Assembly (NCBI GenBank): GCA_964426555.1
Contig: CAYRQJ010000001.1
Location: 117,633-181,632 of the forward strand
Direction: 5' to 3'
Source: an uncultured Candidatus Saccharibacteria bacterium
Lineage (GTDB): Bacteria; Patescibacteriota; Minisyncoccia; Phycocordibacterales; UBA9973
DNA: 64,000 bases
Shown here one piece after another: positions 9,530 to 19,925 of this stretch. The notes beneath the pieces were generated by a model. It had not been told where the DNA came from. It worked only from the letters and a program-made list of their open reading frames with translations, and ran no database searches. Every line of letters begins with the position of its first letter. Within the stretch, counting starts at the first letter, position 1. The translations under genes were made by a program, and so were the position numbers.

Positions 9530-10243
9530 TTAACTACAGGCTCCTTTGTTTACTGGGCTGGCAACCGGGGTAGTGTCATAACATGATACAACCACTTCGC
9601 TACCAGTACCAGGTATAATTTGACCCATATATGTTCGTACTGGGCATCCAGTGCTTTTTAGTTTATCTGCAGTTAATGTACAGTATGAATTATTCTTACC
9701 CATATTTGTAGCATTACTACCTGGTTCTACATAAAAATTATACAAATCCGCAGAAGCAGTCTTACTACCAATAACCATTCTTGGAACGCGAGTATGTTCA
9801 GTTACTTTAAATGTTAGCGGGCTACTATTTACATTATTTTGCATAAAAGTACTATTAGTAGGGTCTCCAACATACAATGGATATAGTGCAGAATTTGTTT
9901 CCAGTTCCGCACGGATACGGTTAGTATATGAACTGGTTAGTGAATCAGTAGTTAGTAAACCCATTACAACTAACGAATGCGCATTGAATTGTCCGTCGTC
10001 AACTGGGCTATTTGTTTTGTCTTTTGTTACACCCAGTTTACCCATTTTAAAATAACCAGTTTCACTGTTTGGAAATTTGTCAGCATTACCACTCAAAACT
10101 GCAGCAGGGGAATTGTTCCCCATTGGGCTACCAGCTGGTTCTACATATGCTGCTCGTACATAAGACAATGCTCCGCCAACTACTGCAGTTATTACTATAA
10201 TTGCAGTAAAGGAAAAGAATTTTTTTAAATTTATATTACTCAT
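9530..10243 (-). CDS. Secreted protein, paralog 2 of the P-xxx-P-xGN family
   Basis: Signal/TM, then YVEPAGSPMGNNSPAAV; C-terminal GCPVRTY...CYDTTPVASPVNKGAC. Confidence 0.7.
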   Translation of the reverse strand: MSNINLKKFFSFTAIIVITAVVGGALSYVRAAYVEPAGSPMGNNSPAAVLSGNADKFPNSETGYFKMGKLGVTKDKTNSPVDDGQFNAHSLVVMGLLTTDSLTSSYTNRIRAELETNSALYPLYVGDPTNSTFMQNNVNSSPLTFKVTEHTRVPRMVIGSKTASADLYNFYVEPGSNATNMGKNNSYCTLTADKLKSTGCPVRTYMGQIIPGTGSEVVVSCYDTTPVASPVNKGACS

Positions 10244-10249
10244 ATAGTA

Positions 10250-10564
10250 TTAGTTTTGTAAATTATAATTCATAATTTCGACTTGTTTTTTTACCGGTGG
10301 CAAACCTAATTCTTTTGTTTTGTTTACTGTTTCTTCTACGGCATTTACTTTTTCTTCCAGTGTTGGGATATATGGTTCTACGGGTTTTTTCATGTAAAAA
10401 TAATACCCAATTCCAAGCCCTATTAAAACAATTACAATTACAAAAATAGTTATTATTTTCTTTTTTGAAAATTTTTGTGTTATTACTGAATTATCATTTG
10501 ATACTGTATTTACAACTGGGTTTGGATTTATTGTTGTATTTTGTGTGTTTGTGTTTTCTTCCAT
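10250..10564 (-). CDS. Small single-pass membrane protein
   Basis: KKK-hydrophobic segment-YYFY; co-oriented within the operon. Confidence 0.7.
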   Translation of the reverse strand: MEENTNTQNTTINPNPVVNTVSNDNSVITQKFSKKKIITIFVIVIVLIGLGIGYYFYMKKPVEPYIPTLEEKVNAVEETVNKTKELGLPPVKKQVEIMNYNLQN

Positions 10565-10589
10565 ATTTATAAATTTATATTAATTATTA

Positions 10590-11477
10590 TTACCATTTTT
10601 GACAATAAGTAGCAGAAGCTGTATTTACATCTACAGTTGTTGTGGTTTTTAGATTAAATTTATTTATTGTTGTTCCTCGTAATTCAAAAATCTTATAGCT
10701 TGTATTTTTAGTTAAGTCTACTGTTATATTTTTTGTTGTTCCAGAACCAAGATCTGTCCAAGTATTTACGTTTAAATTTTCTTTTAATTCCCACAAAGTA
10801 CTATCGGTTGCACTACTGGTGTATGTTAATGTTGCTAAACATTCAGCAGTATCTTTTGTGGTAGTTGTCAGGGTTAAAGCTATAGTTGGGTACGAGAATG
10901 AAGAACATTTTCCAAGATCACCCGAATTTTTTACTGGATTAATAAATCTACATACTGATTCACCAGTGCTAGGATTATGTTTTACTAATACAGTCCCAGA
11001 AGAACAAGGTACATTGCCAGAAGTAGTACAAGTATTACCACTAATTAAATTTGTAGTAGTTCCGTTTGGAAAATATAGTTTTTCAGCACCTGTGGTATAG
11101 CTTTGAGCTTTTGCAGGGTCAGCATCTACGGATACTTGAGCCACACGCAATGCTCCGGCAAAAATATTTCTTTTATCTACAGTAACATCACTAACAAAGT
11201 TGGCATTTTGTCTTACTGTTAAACGGTCTAATAATAAATTAGACTTTATCGCCAAAGATCCAACAGGGCACTGCGAAGTGTCTACTTTATTTGTACCATC
11301 ACCAAAACAAAGTGACCCGTAATGATACTGTGTAACTGGGCTCAAGTTAATAGGAGGGTACGACGACGTATCTGCAGGCAGTGTTGTTGGTTCAGTGAAT
11401 GCAGATATAGTAAATGCAGAACCAATTAACAAACCAAAAAGTGCAGCAATATAAAAATTCTTCTTATTTATGTTCAT
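10590..11477 (-). CDS. Secreted protein, paralog 3 of the P-xxx-P family
   Basis: Signal peptide, then FTEPTTLPADTSSYPPINLSPVTQ; Cys module CSSGT...CRFINPVKNSGDLGKC. Confidence 0.7.
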   Translation of the reverse strand: MNINKKNFYIAALFGLLIGSAFTISAFTEPTTLPADTSSYPPINLSPVTQYHYGSLCFGDGTNKVDTSQCPVGSLAIKSNLLLDRLTVRQNANFVSDVTVDKRNIFAGALRVAQVSVDADPAKAQSYTTGAEKLYFPNGTTTNLISGNTCTTSGNVPCSSGTVLVKHNPSTGESVCRFINPVKNSGDLGKCSSFSYPTIALTLTTTTKDTAECLATLTYTSSATDSTLWELKENLNVNTWTDLGSGTTKNITVDLTKNTSYKIFELRGTTINKFNLKTTTTVDVNTASATYCQKW

Positions 11478-11563
11478 AAGTATATTGTAACATACCAGCC
11501 CAAAGTTAAAAGTCTATAAAGTAACAAGGTTTTTATTTTTCTTATGATATAATAAATACACAT

Positions 11564-13321
11564 ATGTATGTATCACCTGAAGCATTAAAAAAATTTTTAT
11601 TGGATTCAAATCTTGTTAATCAGTCTGACTTAGAAACAGCAGAAAAACAGGTAGAAAAAACTGGTGACAGTTTGGGAAATGTATTAGTTTCTCAAGGAAA
11701 ACTGGACGAAAATGAACTACAAAAATCTATGGGGTATGTTTTAGGAATACCTTTTCTTTCTATTGAAACTGAAAACATTGATTTTGAAACATTGTCTCTA
11801 ATTCCTGAACCTATTGTGCGTGCTCACAATATTGTAGCGTATCGCAAAACCGAAGCTGGTCTAGAAGTAGCAATGCTAGATGTAGATGATCTTGTGGTGT
11901 TGGATTCTTTAAAAAAGAAGCTGGGGGTAAGACTACTACCACGACTAACAAACAGTGCATCTATAAACCATGCACTAACTTTGTATAAAAAAACACTGCA
12001 AGATGAATTTCAAGAAATAATCGACAAAGAAGCCGGCAATGTTAAAGCATTAAATCAAGTAAAAGAAGGTGAAGGAGTAGAATCTGAAAAAGAACTAAAG
12101 CAATTAGCAGAAGATATGCCAATTGTAAAAATTGTTGATTCATTAGTTTCGCATGCAATATTGCAAGGTTCCAGTGATATTCATATGGAACCCCATGAAG
12201 ACGCTTTTTATGTGCGGTACCGTATCGATGGGCTACTACGCGACGCAATGGTGCTACCTAAAAAAACTGCAAGCGGAATAGTTGCACGTATTAAAGTTTT
12301 GTCTAATTTAAAACTGGACGAAAAGCGTTTACCACAAGATGGAAGATTTAAAATAGAACAAGACGGAGTAAAAGTATCTTTTCGTGTCTCAACTTTGCCA
12401 GTATATTACGGAGAAAAAATAGTTATTCGTATTTTGAAAGAAAATTCAAAAGGTTTTTCACTAGAAGGTCTTGGTTTTCATGGTGCATCACTGGAACGTG
12501 CTCATGAAGCACTAAAACAAAAAATTGGAATGATCGTAGCAGCTGGACCAACTGGGTCTGGTAAATCTACAACACTGTATACAATGCTGGATATGGTAAA
12601 TACTCCGGAAGTAAATATTTCAACTGTGGAAGATCCTGTGGAATATCAAATGCCACGAATAAACCAAACCCAAGTAAGACCAGAAATTGGATTAACTTTT
12701 GCAAACGGTTTACGTACTTTACTTCGTCAGGACCCAGACATCGTAATGGTGGGGGAAATTCGTGATGGAGAAACAGCTGGGATTGCAGTTAATGCTGCAC
12801 TAACCGGGCACCTGGTGCTATCAACCATCCACACCAACAGTGCTGCCGGAGCAATTCCTAGATTTGTGGACATGGGAGTTCCTCCTTTTCTTTTAGTATC
12901 AACGCTAAAAATCGTAATTGCTCAAAGACTGGTGCGCAGATTAGCTGAAACAAAAGAAAAATATTTCATGACCGATGCAGAATTGTTACAACTTGGTAAA
13001 TTTGTAGATTTAGACCGTATGATGAATTTCTTAAAAACCGAAAATATAATTGGCCCAAATGATACATGGCGAGAAATCCCTTTTTACAAAGCAGTATCTA
13101 CCCCGGACTGCCCAAGCGGTTATAAAAGCCGTGTTGGACTACACGAAGCTTTAAAAATTAGTTCAGCAATTAAAGAATTAATTCTTAAAAGCGCTACTAA
13201 CGACGCAATTGAAAAACAAGCAAAAGACGAAGGCATGATGACAATGCTTGAAGACGGAGTATTTTTAGCTGTAAAAGGTGAAACAACAATAGAAGAAGTC
13301 TTCCGTGTTATTAATGAATAA
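11564..13321 (+). CDS. pilB: Type IV pilus assembly ATPase PilB (GspE/PulE family)
   Basis: SDIHMEP, RLPQDGR, GPTGSGKSTT, LRQDPDIVMVGEIRD, TGHLVLSTIHTN; first gene of the pilus operon. Confidence 0.92.
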   Translation: MYVSPEALKKFLLDSNLVNQSDLETAEKQVEKTGDSLGNVLVSQGKLDENELQKSMGYVLGIPFLSIETENIDFETLSLIPEPIVRAHNIVAYRKTEAGLEVAMLDVDDLVVLDSLKKKLGVRLLPRLTNSASINHALTLYKKTLQDEFQEIIDKEAGNVKALNQVKEGEGVESEKELKQLAEDMPIVKIVDSLVSHAILQGSSDIHMEPHEDAFYVRYRIDGLLRDAMVLPKKTASGIVARIKVLSNLKLDEKRLPQDGRFKIEQDGVKVSFRVSTLPVYYGEKIVIRILKENSKGFSLEGLGFHGASLERAHEALKQKIGMIVAAGPTGSGKSTTLYTMLDMVNTPEVNISTVEDPVEYQMPRINQTQVRPEIGLTFANGLRTLLRQDPDIVMVGEIRDGETAGIAVNAALTGHLVLSTIHTNSAAGAIPRFVDMGVPPFLLVSTLKIVIAQRLVRRLAETKEKYFMTDAELLQLGKFVDLDRMMNFLKTENIIGPNDTWREIPFYKAVSTPDCPSGYKSRVGLHEALKISSAIKELILKSATNDAIEKQAKDEGMMTMLEDGVFLAVKGETTIEEVFRVINE

Positions 13322-13323
13322 GT

Positions 13324-14526
13324 ATGAATTATAAATTCACAGCAATAAGAAGTAACGGTGAAAGATACGATGGCCAAATGGAAGCCGTTGATAAATTAAC
13401 TTTGGCAAAAAATTTACGTAGCCAAGGCGACATGTTAATAACAGTCAAAGAAAAGAAAAAAGGTGAAATAAATTTAAATTTTTTAAATAAAATAAAAACA
13501 ACAGATTTGATTTTGTTTTGTCGTAATATGGCTGGACTAATGCAAGCCGGAGTTTCTTTAGCAAGAGCTATTGAAATACTGGAAAGACAAACTACAAACC
13601 CAAAAATGAAAGAAACTTTACATGGAATTTTTGAATCAATAAAAGGAGGTGAAAGTCTTTCAAATTCACTGGAAAAATACCCAAAGGTTTTTGATAATTT
13701 ATTTGTATCAATGATGCGTGCCGGAGAAGAATCAGGAAATTTAGTTGGATCTTTGCGTGAAGTCCAAGTACACATAGAAAGATCATATAATCTAAAAAGA
13801 AAAATAAAAGGCGCAATGACATACCCCATGGTGATTATTGGGGCCATGGGAATAATTGGGCTATTAATGATGAAATTCGTTGTTCCAAATTTATTAAAAA
13901 TGTTTACAGAATTTGGAACTGATTTACCTTTTGCAACAAAAATAGTTATTTGGTTAGCTGATTTAATCAATAATAATTTTATCACAATGATAATTGGTAT
14001 TATTGTAATAATTTTTGGAATAATAAAATTAACAAAAATTGAAAAGGTTAAAAGATTTCTTAGTAAAGTTGTATTAAAATTACCAGCCATTGGCGGAATT
14101 GCAAAACAAACTTTAACAGCAAGAACGTCTCGTACAATGGCATCACTACTGAAATCTGGAGTAACTGTGGTTCGCAGTCTGGAAATTACGCGTGATGTAA
14201 TAGGTAATTACCAATACAAAGCTGTAATGGATGAAGCACTAAATAATATTCAAAAAGGGGAACCATTATCTAAAGCATTTCAAGCTCATCCAGATTTATA
14301 CCCAATAATGATGGGCGATATGATAGAAGTAGGGGAAGAATCAGGTAAAGTTGGAGATATGTTAATGGATGTAGCAAATTTTTACGAAGAAGAAGTAGAC
14401 GAAAAAACAAAAAGTCTTTCTACTATTGTAGAACCCATGCTAATGCTACTGATTGGGGGTGGGGTGGGATTTTTTGCGGTAGCGATGATGACTCCAATGT
14501 ATAAAATGATGGACAGTGTAAAATAA
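13324..14526 (+). CDS. pilC: Type IV pilus platform protein PilC (GspF family)
   Basis: Two T2SSF repeats (GEESGNL, AMTYP, GEESGKV, IVEPMLM). Confidence 0.92.
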   Translation: MNYKFTAIRSNGERYDGQMEAVDKLTLAKNLRSQGDMLITVKEKKKGEINLNFLNKIKTTDLILFCRNMAGLMQAGVSLARAIEILERQTTNPKMKETLHGIFESIKGGESLSNSLEKYPKVFDNLFVSMMRAGEESGNLVGSLREVQVHIERSYNLKRKIKGAMTYPMVIIGAMGIIGLLMMKFVVPNLLKMFTEFGTDLPFATKIVIWLADLINNNFITMIIGIIVIIFGIIKLTKIEKVKRFLSKVVLKLPAIGGIAKQTLTARTSRTMASLLKSGVTVVRSLEITRDVIGNYQYKAVMDEALNNIQKGEPLSKAFQAHPDLYPIMMGDMIEVGEESGKVGDMLMDVANFYEEEVDEKTKSLSTIVEPMLMLLIGGGVGFFAVAMMTPMYKMMDSVK

Positions 14527-14527
14527 T

Positions 14528-14998
14528 ATGAAAAAAAATAAAGGATTTACAATAATTGAACTACTAATGGCTATTGCAATACTGGTAATAATTACTGCAG
14601 TTAGCTGGCCAGGTCTACAAAATTATAAATTAAGCCAAATACAAAAATCTGGAACCGAGACAGTATTGTCTGTAATAAATGAAGCAAGAACATTGGCTCA
14701 GTCCGGAGAAAGCGCACGGTCTTACAGTGTTACTATTGATACAACAAATAAAACCCTGACATTATTCAAGGTCACAACCGACCCAGGGGACACTGCTTAT
14801 TCAAAAACAGAAACACTCGACAGTAATATAGTGTTGGTTACTCAAATAACTGGCAGTAGTGATACTATTACATTTGATAGATTTACCGGAGCAACAAGCA
14901 ACACTGCAACTGTAACTGTGCGTGTCACAAAAATAGATGGCACAAATTATGAAAAAATAGTTCGTATTTATAAAACTGGTCTTGCAGCATTAGACTAG
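14528..14998 (+). CDS. Type IV minor pilin (FimT/GspH-like)
   Basis: Class III signal KG|FTIIELL. Confidence 0.88.
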   Translation: MKKNKGFTIIELLMAIAILVIITAVSWPGLQNYKLSQIQKSGTETVLSVINEARTLAQSGESARSYSVTIDTTNKTLTLFKVTTDPGDTAYSKTETLDSNIVLVTQITGSSDTITFDRFTGATSNTATVTVRVTKIDGTNYEKIVRIYKTGLAALD

Positions 14999-15016
14999 TA
15001 TCTATATAATTAAATA

Positions 15017-15499
15017 GTGAATTTATCTTTCCCTAAAAAAGAAAAAGGTTTTGCTTTGATTGAAGTATTAATTGCAGTTACATTGGTTAGCGGTGTAATG
15101 TTGGGTATTGTTAGTTCTGCAAATAAATTTTTAATTTATTCTAATTCATCTTTAAAATCATACCAAGCAACACTGGCACTGGAAGAAGGTGTAGAAGCAG
15201 TAAAAAATGTACGCGCAGTTTCATGGGGGAATATTTCTACTCTTGTTTCGGGGACTGATTATGGATTAACTTTTAGTGGACTAAACTGGACTATTGTTTC
15301 CGGAAGCCAACTTACAACAAATGGTTTTACGAGAAAGGTTAATTTTTATGATGTATACAGAGATGCGAATAATGACATTGCTGGTACAGGAACATTGGAC
15401 ACAAATATAAAAAATGTAGTAGTCACCACAACTTGGAACGACAGCGGGGTATCTAAATCTAAAGAAATAGAATTTTATATTGCTGATATTTTTAACTAA
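15017..15499 (+). CDS. Type IV minor pilin (PilV-like)
   Basis: KG|FALIEVL; GTG start. Confidence 0.85.
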   Translation: MNLSFPKKEKGFALIEVLIAVTLVSGVMLGIVSSANKFLIYSNSSLKSYQATLALEEGVEAVKNVRAVSWGNISTLVSGTDYGLTFSGLNWTIVSGSQLTTNGFTRKVNFYDVYRDANNDIAGTGTLDTNIKNVVVTTTWNDSGVSKSKEIEFYIADIFN

Positions 15500-15502
15500 T
15501 AT

Positions 15503-16036
15503 ATGAATAAATTTTTTAATAAAATTCAAAATCAAAAAGGCTTAACATTAATTGAAGTATTAATATATATTGGTATTTTTTCTTTAATGATTTCTATTAT
15601 TGTGCAAGTAATGAGCGGAACATTTTATATATTTGCCCAAGCAAGATCTGTCCGAGATTTAAACAATACTGGATCCAGTATAATGGAAAGAATTAGTACA
15701 AATGTGCGTAATGCTTATGATTTTAATTCTACAAATAATACTTTTGGGGTAAATCCTGGAGGATTATCTATTCTTGTTCGTGATGCAGCAGATGTATCCC
15801 ATACATATACTTATGTAACCACAGCTTCAAATACAATGTTAAACGAACAACTAGATTTGGGTACAGTTGAGCCACTGCATAGCAGTAAGATTACTTTGAC
15901 AAATTTTACAGTTAGCCAAATTACAACTGGGGGAACACAAGGAGTCGTAATAACAATAGAACTAACTGACAATAGAATTCGTCCAGCAAAATCAGCAATT
16001 TTTCAAACTACAGCATTAATGCGCGGAACTTATTAA
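15503..16036 (+). CDS. Type IV minor pilin (PilW-like)
   Basis: KG|LTLIEVL. Confidence 0.85.
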   Translation: MNKFFNKIQNQKGLTLIEVLIYIGIFSLMISIIVQVMSGTFYIFAQARSVRDLNNTGSSIMERISTNVRNAYDFNSTNNTFGVNPGGLSILVRDAADVSHTYTYVTTASNTMLNEQLDLGTVEPLHSSKITLTNFTVSQITTGGTQGVVITIELTDNRIRPAKSAIFQTTALMRGTY

Positions 16037-16051
16037 TAACAAAAGTTGATT

Positions 16052-17794
16052 ATGAAAAAAAATAAACTACAACAAGGAAATATTATGCTTATAACCGTAC
16101 TTTTTGTATGTATGGTTGGGGCATCAGTAATATTAACTTCCACAAAAAGCACAGTTAGCACAACATCTAATACAAAAAATTTATTACAATCAAAGCAAAG
16201 TTTTGCTACAGCAGAATCAGGAATAGAAGATGTTTTGTATCGAATAAGAAACAATATAGCGTACAGTAACCAAGAAGTTTTAAATATTGGAGATTCATCT
16301 ACAACAACAGACATAACATCTGGAGCAAGTGATAAAACTATTTCAGCATTAGGAATTTTTAATGGGAAAAATCGTGGATTAAATGTAAATGTTGTAACAG
16401 GTACAGGAACTTCTTTTAGTTACGGTATGCAAACAGGCCAAGGTGGTATTAGTTTTGGAAGTAATTCTGGAGTAGTTGGGAATATTTATACAAATGGCCC
16501 AATAACCGGAGCAAGTAACGCATATATTACAGGTACTGCAGTTGCTGCCAGTGGGGGTAGTGCTACGGCAGACCAGTCTTATGGCAATGGATCAGCCTCT
16601 AGCGTTGATACAACTTTTAGAAATGCATCAGGGACTCAGGATGCTACACAAAGTTTTGTAATTTCTGCAACAAATCCATTATCTAAAGCACGGATATATA
16701 TTAAAAAATTCGGTAGCCCAACAAATGCAACAGTTACCATAAGAACAAATAATTCAGGTAATCCATCTAGTACAGTAGTAGCAACAGGCACACTAACAGC
16801 TTCTTTAATAACTACTAGCTATTCTTGGGTAGACGTAACATTTAGTACAAGCCCCGCATTAACAGCAGGAACAACATACTGGTTAACAGTAGATAATTCT
16901 TCAACATCAGCATCTGCTTATTATGTTTGGGGTGGTGGTAATGCTGGATATAGTAGTGGGTTGGGTAAAATTGGTACTGTTGGTGGGACTTGGTACAGTA
17001 GCCCTTCACAAATTGCATCTGGTACAGATTTGTTTTTTGAAATATATACAGGTGGGGCATCTGGGTCAATTAGTAATGTAATAGTTGGTACTGGGTCAAC
17101 AGGAGATGCCTGGGCAAACACAGTAACTGGTTCGACTGTTCGTGGGACATTGTATTGCCAAACAGGTAGTAGTAATAATAAATCTTGTAACACAACACGT
17201 GCTGACCCAACACAACAAGATTTTCCAATATCAGACGCTACAATTAATGACTGGAAAGATACTGCCGCAGCAGGAAGTATAACAACAGGTAATGTTACAA
17301 TTTCTACAAACCAATCAATGGGGCCTAAAAAAATAGTGGGGAATTTAACAGTAGACAATAGTAAAACACTTACACTAACAGGTGTAGTTTGGGTAACAGG
17401 GAATATTACAGTATCAAACAATGGAATCATAAAACTGGATTCATCTTATGGTTCAAACGGAGGCATGATAATAGCTGATGGAACAATAACTATTTCAAAC
17501 AATGGTGATATGCGCGGATCTGGAACAACTGGTAGTTTTATGATGGCAATATCAACCAGCTCTTCAGGAAGCGCTATATCAATAGACAATAACGCTGGTA
17601 GTGTGGTTTTGTATGCCCCAAACGGTACACTAAGTTTGTCTAATAACGCTGGAGCAAAACAAGCTACTGCTTATAGAATAAGTTTATCCAACAACGCAAC
17701 GGTTACTTATGATTCAGGGTTAGCTAATTCTGTGTTTTCATCTGGGCCCAGTGGTGGATGGAATATTAGTAAATGGAAAGATTTAGATTTCTAA
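16052..17794 (+). CDS. PilX-like minor pilin with a large Ser/Thr/Gly-rich extracellular region
   Basis: QG|NIML lacking E5; AESGIEDVL PilX motif; beta-helix-like GN(I/L)TV repeats. Confidence 0.8.
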   Translation: MKKNKLQQGNIMLITVLFVCMVGASVILTSTKSTVSTTSNTKNLLQSKQSFATAESGIEDVLYRIRNNIAYSNQEVLNIGDSSTTTDITSGASDKTISALGIFNGKNRGLNVNVVTGTGTSFSYGMQTGQGGISFGSNSGVVGNIYTNGPITGASNAYITGTAVAASGGSATADQSYGNGSASSVDTTFRNASGTQDATQSFVISATNPLSKARIYIKKFGSPTNATVTIRTNNSGNPSSTVVATGTLTASLITTSYSWVDVTFSTSPALTAGTTYWLTVDNSSTSASAYYVWGGGNAGYSSGLGKIGTVGGTWYSSPSQIASGTDLFFEIYTGGASGSISNVIVGTGSTGDAWANTVTGSTVRGTLYCQTGSSNNKSCNTTRADPTQQDFPISDATINDWKDTAAAGSITTGNVTISTNQSMGPKKIVGNLTVDNSKTLTLTGVVWVTGNITVSNNGIIKLDSSYGSNGGMIIADGTITISNNGDMRGSGTTGSFMMAISTSSSGSAISIDNNAGSVVLYAPNGTLSLSNNAGAKQATAYRISLSNNATVTYDSGLANSVFSSGPSGGWNISKWKDLDF

Positions 17795-17812
17795 TAAATA
17801 TTCACTACGGGG

Positions 17813-17841
17813 TTGACAAATCACTTATAACTTGCTATACT
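17813..17841 (+). promoter_or_regulatory. Near-consensus sigma70 promoter
   Basis: TTGACA 17813-17818, 17-nt spacer, TG-c-TATACT 17836-17841. Confidence 0.75.
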
Positions 17842-17847
17842 ACCTTT

Positions 17848-17922
17848 GTGAGTATATGCCTTTAACGGTTATTAATACAAACAAATGCCTCACAAAACCC
17901 CCGCAAGGGGGTTTTGTGTTTT
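17848..17922 (+). ncRNA. Candidate ~75-nt small RNA
   Basis: Lies between the promoter above and terminator cacaaaaccccc-gcaa-gggggttttgtg-TTTT; tpiA has its own -10 box. Confidence 0.4.
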
Positions 17923-17955
17923 TAGTGAAATATTTTTTTATGTTACAATAAATAA

Positions 17956-18717
17956 ATGAAATCCCAAAAAATAATCATTGGAAATTTTAAACAAAATCCT
18001 GACACGCTAGATCGGTCTATAAAATTAGCCGGAGAATACATAAAACTACAAAAAAAATATAAAGACACAACCATGGGAATAGCACTACCCAGTGTATTTT
18101 TGCATGAAGTAAACAAAAAGTATGGTAAAAATTTAAACATCTATAGTCAAACAGTTTCAGAATATTTAGAAGGGTCTCATACTGGAGAAATTTCTGTAAA
18201 CCAAATAAATTCCATTGGAATTAAAAAAACTTTAGTTGGCCATTCCGAAAGAAGAGCAATGGGGGACACAAATGAAATAGTCCAAAAACAAATATTAAAT
18301 GCATTAAATAAAAAAATGCAGGTAATTTTATGTGTTGGTGAACCAAACAGAGAAAACAATAACGAATACATAAAATTTGTAGATACCCAAATTGAAACAG
18401 CTTTGGATTTTGTAAAAAAAATAGATTATAAAAATATTACAGTTGCATACGAACCAGTTTGGGCAATAGGCAGTAATGCAAAAAGAAGTGCCAATGTAAA
18501 CGAAATATACGAAATGACAATCGCCATAAGAAAAAAATTAATTGAAATTTTTGGTAAAACAAATGGAACACAAATTTCAATATTGTATGGTGGCAGTGTT
18601 AATTCAAAAAATGCAGAAGAGATAATGGATGTTCACCACATAAATGGATTTTTATTAGGTAGAGCAAGTTTAGACATAAAAGAAGTTACTAAAATTATTG
18701 AAATAATAAATAAATAA
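17956..18717 (+). CDS. tpiA: Triosephosphate isomerase
   Basis: GNFK, HTGE, GHSERR, AYEPVWAIG, LYGGSV. Confidence 0.96.
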   Translation: MKSQKIIIGNFKQNPDTLDRSIKLAGEYIKLQKKYKDTTMGIALPSVFLHEVNKKYGKNLNIYSQTVSEYLEGSHTGEISVNQINSIGIKKTLVGHSERRAMGDTNEIVQKQILNALNKKMQVILCVGEPNRENNNEYIKFVDTQIETALDFVKKIDYKNITVAYEPVWAIGSNAKRSANVNEIYEMTIAIRKKLIEIFGKTNGTQISILYGGSVNSKNAEEIMDVHHINGFLLGRASLDIKEVTKIIEIINK

Positions 18718-18718
18718 T

Positions 18719-19837
18719 ATGAATTCTGTAAAAAAAATAACGGGTATAAAAAATAAAACTGTCCTGCTTCGTGCTGATTTTAATGTACCAATGAAAGATG
18801 GCGTAATAACTGACACGTTTAGAATTGATGAAACCTTTAAAACTATAGATTTATTAATAAAAAAAGGTGCAAAAATAGTTGTAATTTCACATTTAGGGGA
18901 TGATGGTAAAGCAAGTCTATTACCTGTAGCAAAATATTTGGCCAAGAAAAAATACAAAGGTTATTTTGAGGAAAGTAATAATCCTGAAGTAATTCGTGAT
19001 AGCGTAGAAAATTTATGTAGTGGAGAAGTTTTGTTAGTCGAAAATATTCGTCGTTTTGATGGAGAAAAAACAAATGAAAAAAAATTTGCTGTATTTTTAG
19101 CATCACTGGCTGATGCATATGTAAATGATGCTTTCTCTGTATCACACAGAAAACATGCCAGTATTATAGGAGTTCCAAAATTACTTCCAGGCTACGCAGG
19201 ACTAGAAATGGAAAATGAAATTAAAATGTTATCTCGAGTACTAAAGCCTAAAAAACCTTTTTTCTTTATATTAGGCGGTGCAAAATTTGAAACAAAATTA
19301 CCTTTATTAAAAATATTTCTTGAAAAAGCTAACGGGGTGTTTGTAGGCGGAGCATTGGCTAATACATTATTACAAAAACGTGGCTACGAGATTGGTAAAT
19401 CAGTTAGTGAGCCAGAATTCAAAATTCCAGTAAGTTTACTTAAAAATCCTAAATTATTATTACCAATGGATGTAGTAATAAAAAAGAAAACAGGAAACGT
19501 AATTGTGGCAATAGAAGAAGTAGGTAAAGGCGATACTATAATAGACGTAGGGACAGAAACATTAACCCGAATAAGACCATTAATTGATTCTGCAAAAATG
19601 ATTTTATGGAACGGACCAGTAGGAAAATTTGATGAAGGTGGGCAAGATGGTACAAAAGAATTATTAAAATTGGTTGCTGGGTCAAATGCTGAAACAATAC
19701 TGGGTGGTGGCGATACTGCCGAAGCAATAGACGAACTAAAAATGAAAAATAAATTTACATTTGTGTCTACTGGTGGGGGAGCAACTCTGGATTTCCTGGC
19801 AGACGGAACATTGCCTGGAATACAAGCCTTAAAATAA
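18719..19837 (+). CDS. pgk: Phosphoglycerate kinase
   Basis: RADFNVP, YVNDAFSVSHR, WNGPVG, GGGDT, STGGGA. Confidence 0.96.
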   Translation: MNSVKKITGIKNKTVLLRADFNVPMKDGVITDTFRIDETFKTIDLLIKKGAKIVVISHLGDDGKASLLPVAKYLAKKKYKGYFEESNNPEVIRDSVENLCSGEVLLVENIRRFDGEKTNEKKFAVFLASLADAYVNDAFSVSHRKHASIIGVPKLLPGYAGLEMENEIKMLSRVLKPKKPFFFILGGAKFETKLPLLKIFLEKANGVFVGGALANTLLQKRGYEIGKSVSEPEFKIPVSLLKNPKLLLPMDVVIKKKTGNVIVAIEEVGKGDTIIDVGTETLTRIRPLIDSAKMILWNGPVGKFDEGGQDGTKELLKLVAGSNAETILGGGDTAEAIDELKMKNKFTFVSTGGGATLDFLADGTLPGIQALK

Positions 19838-19925
19838 GATATTTTTATAAATACCCCCGCATTTGCGGGGGTATTGACTTTTGGTGTAGATATTAGTTTA
19901 ATTAGGAAAATTAAATCTAACGAAA

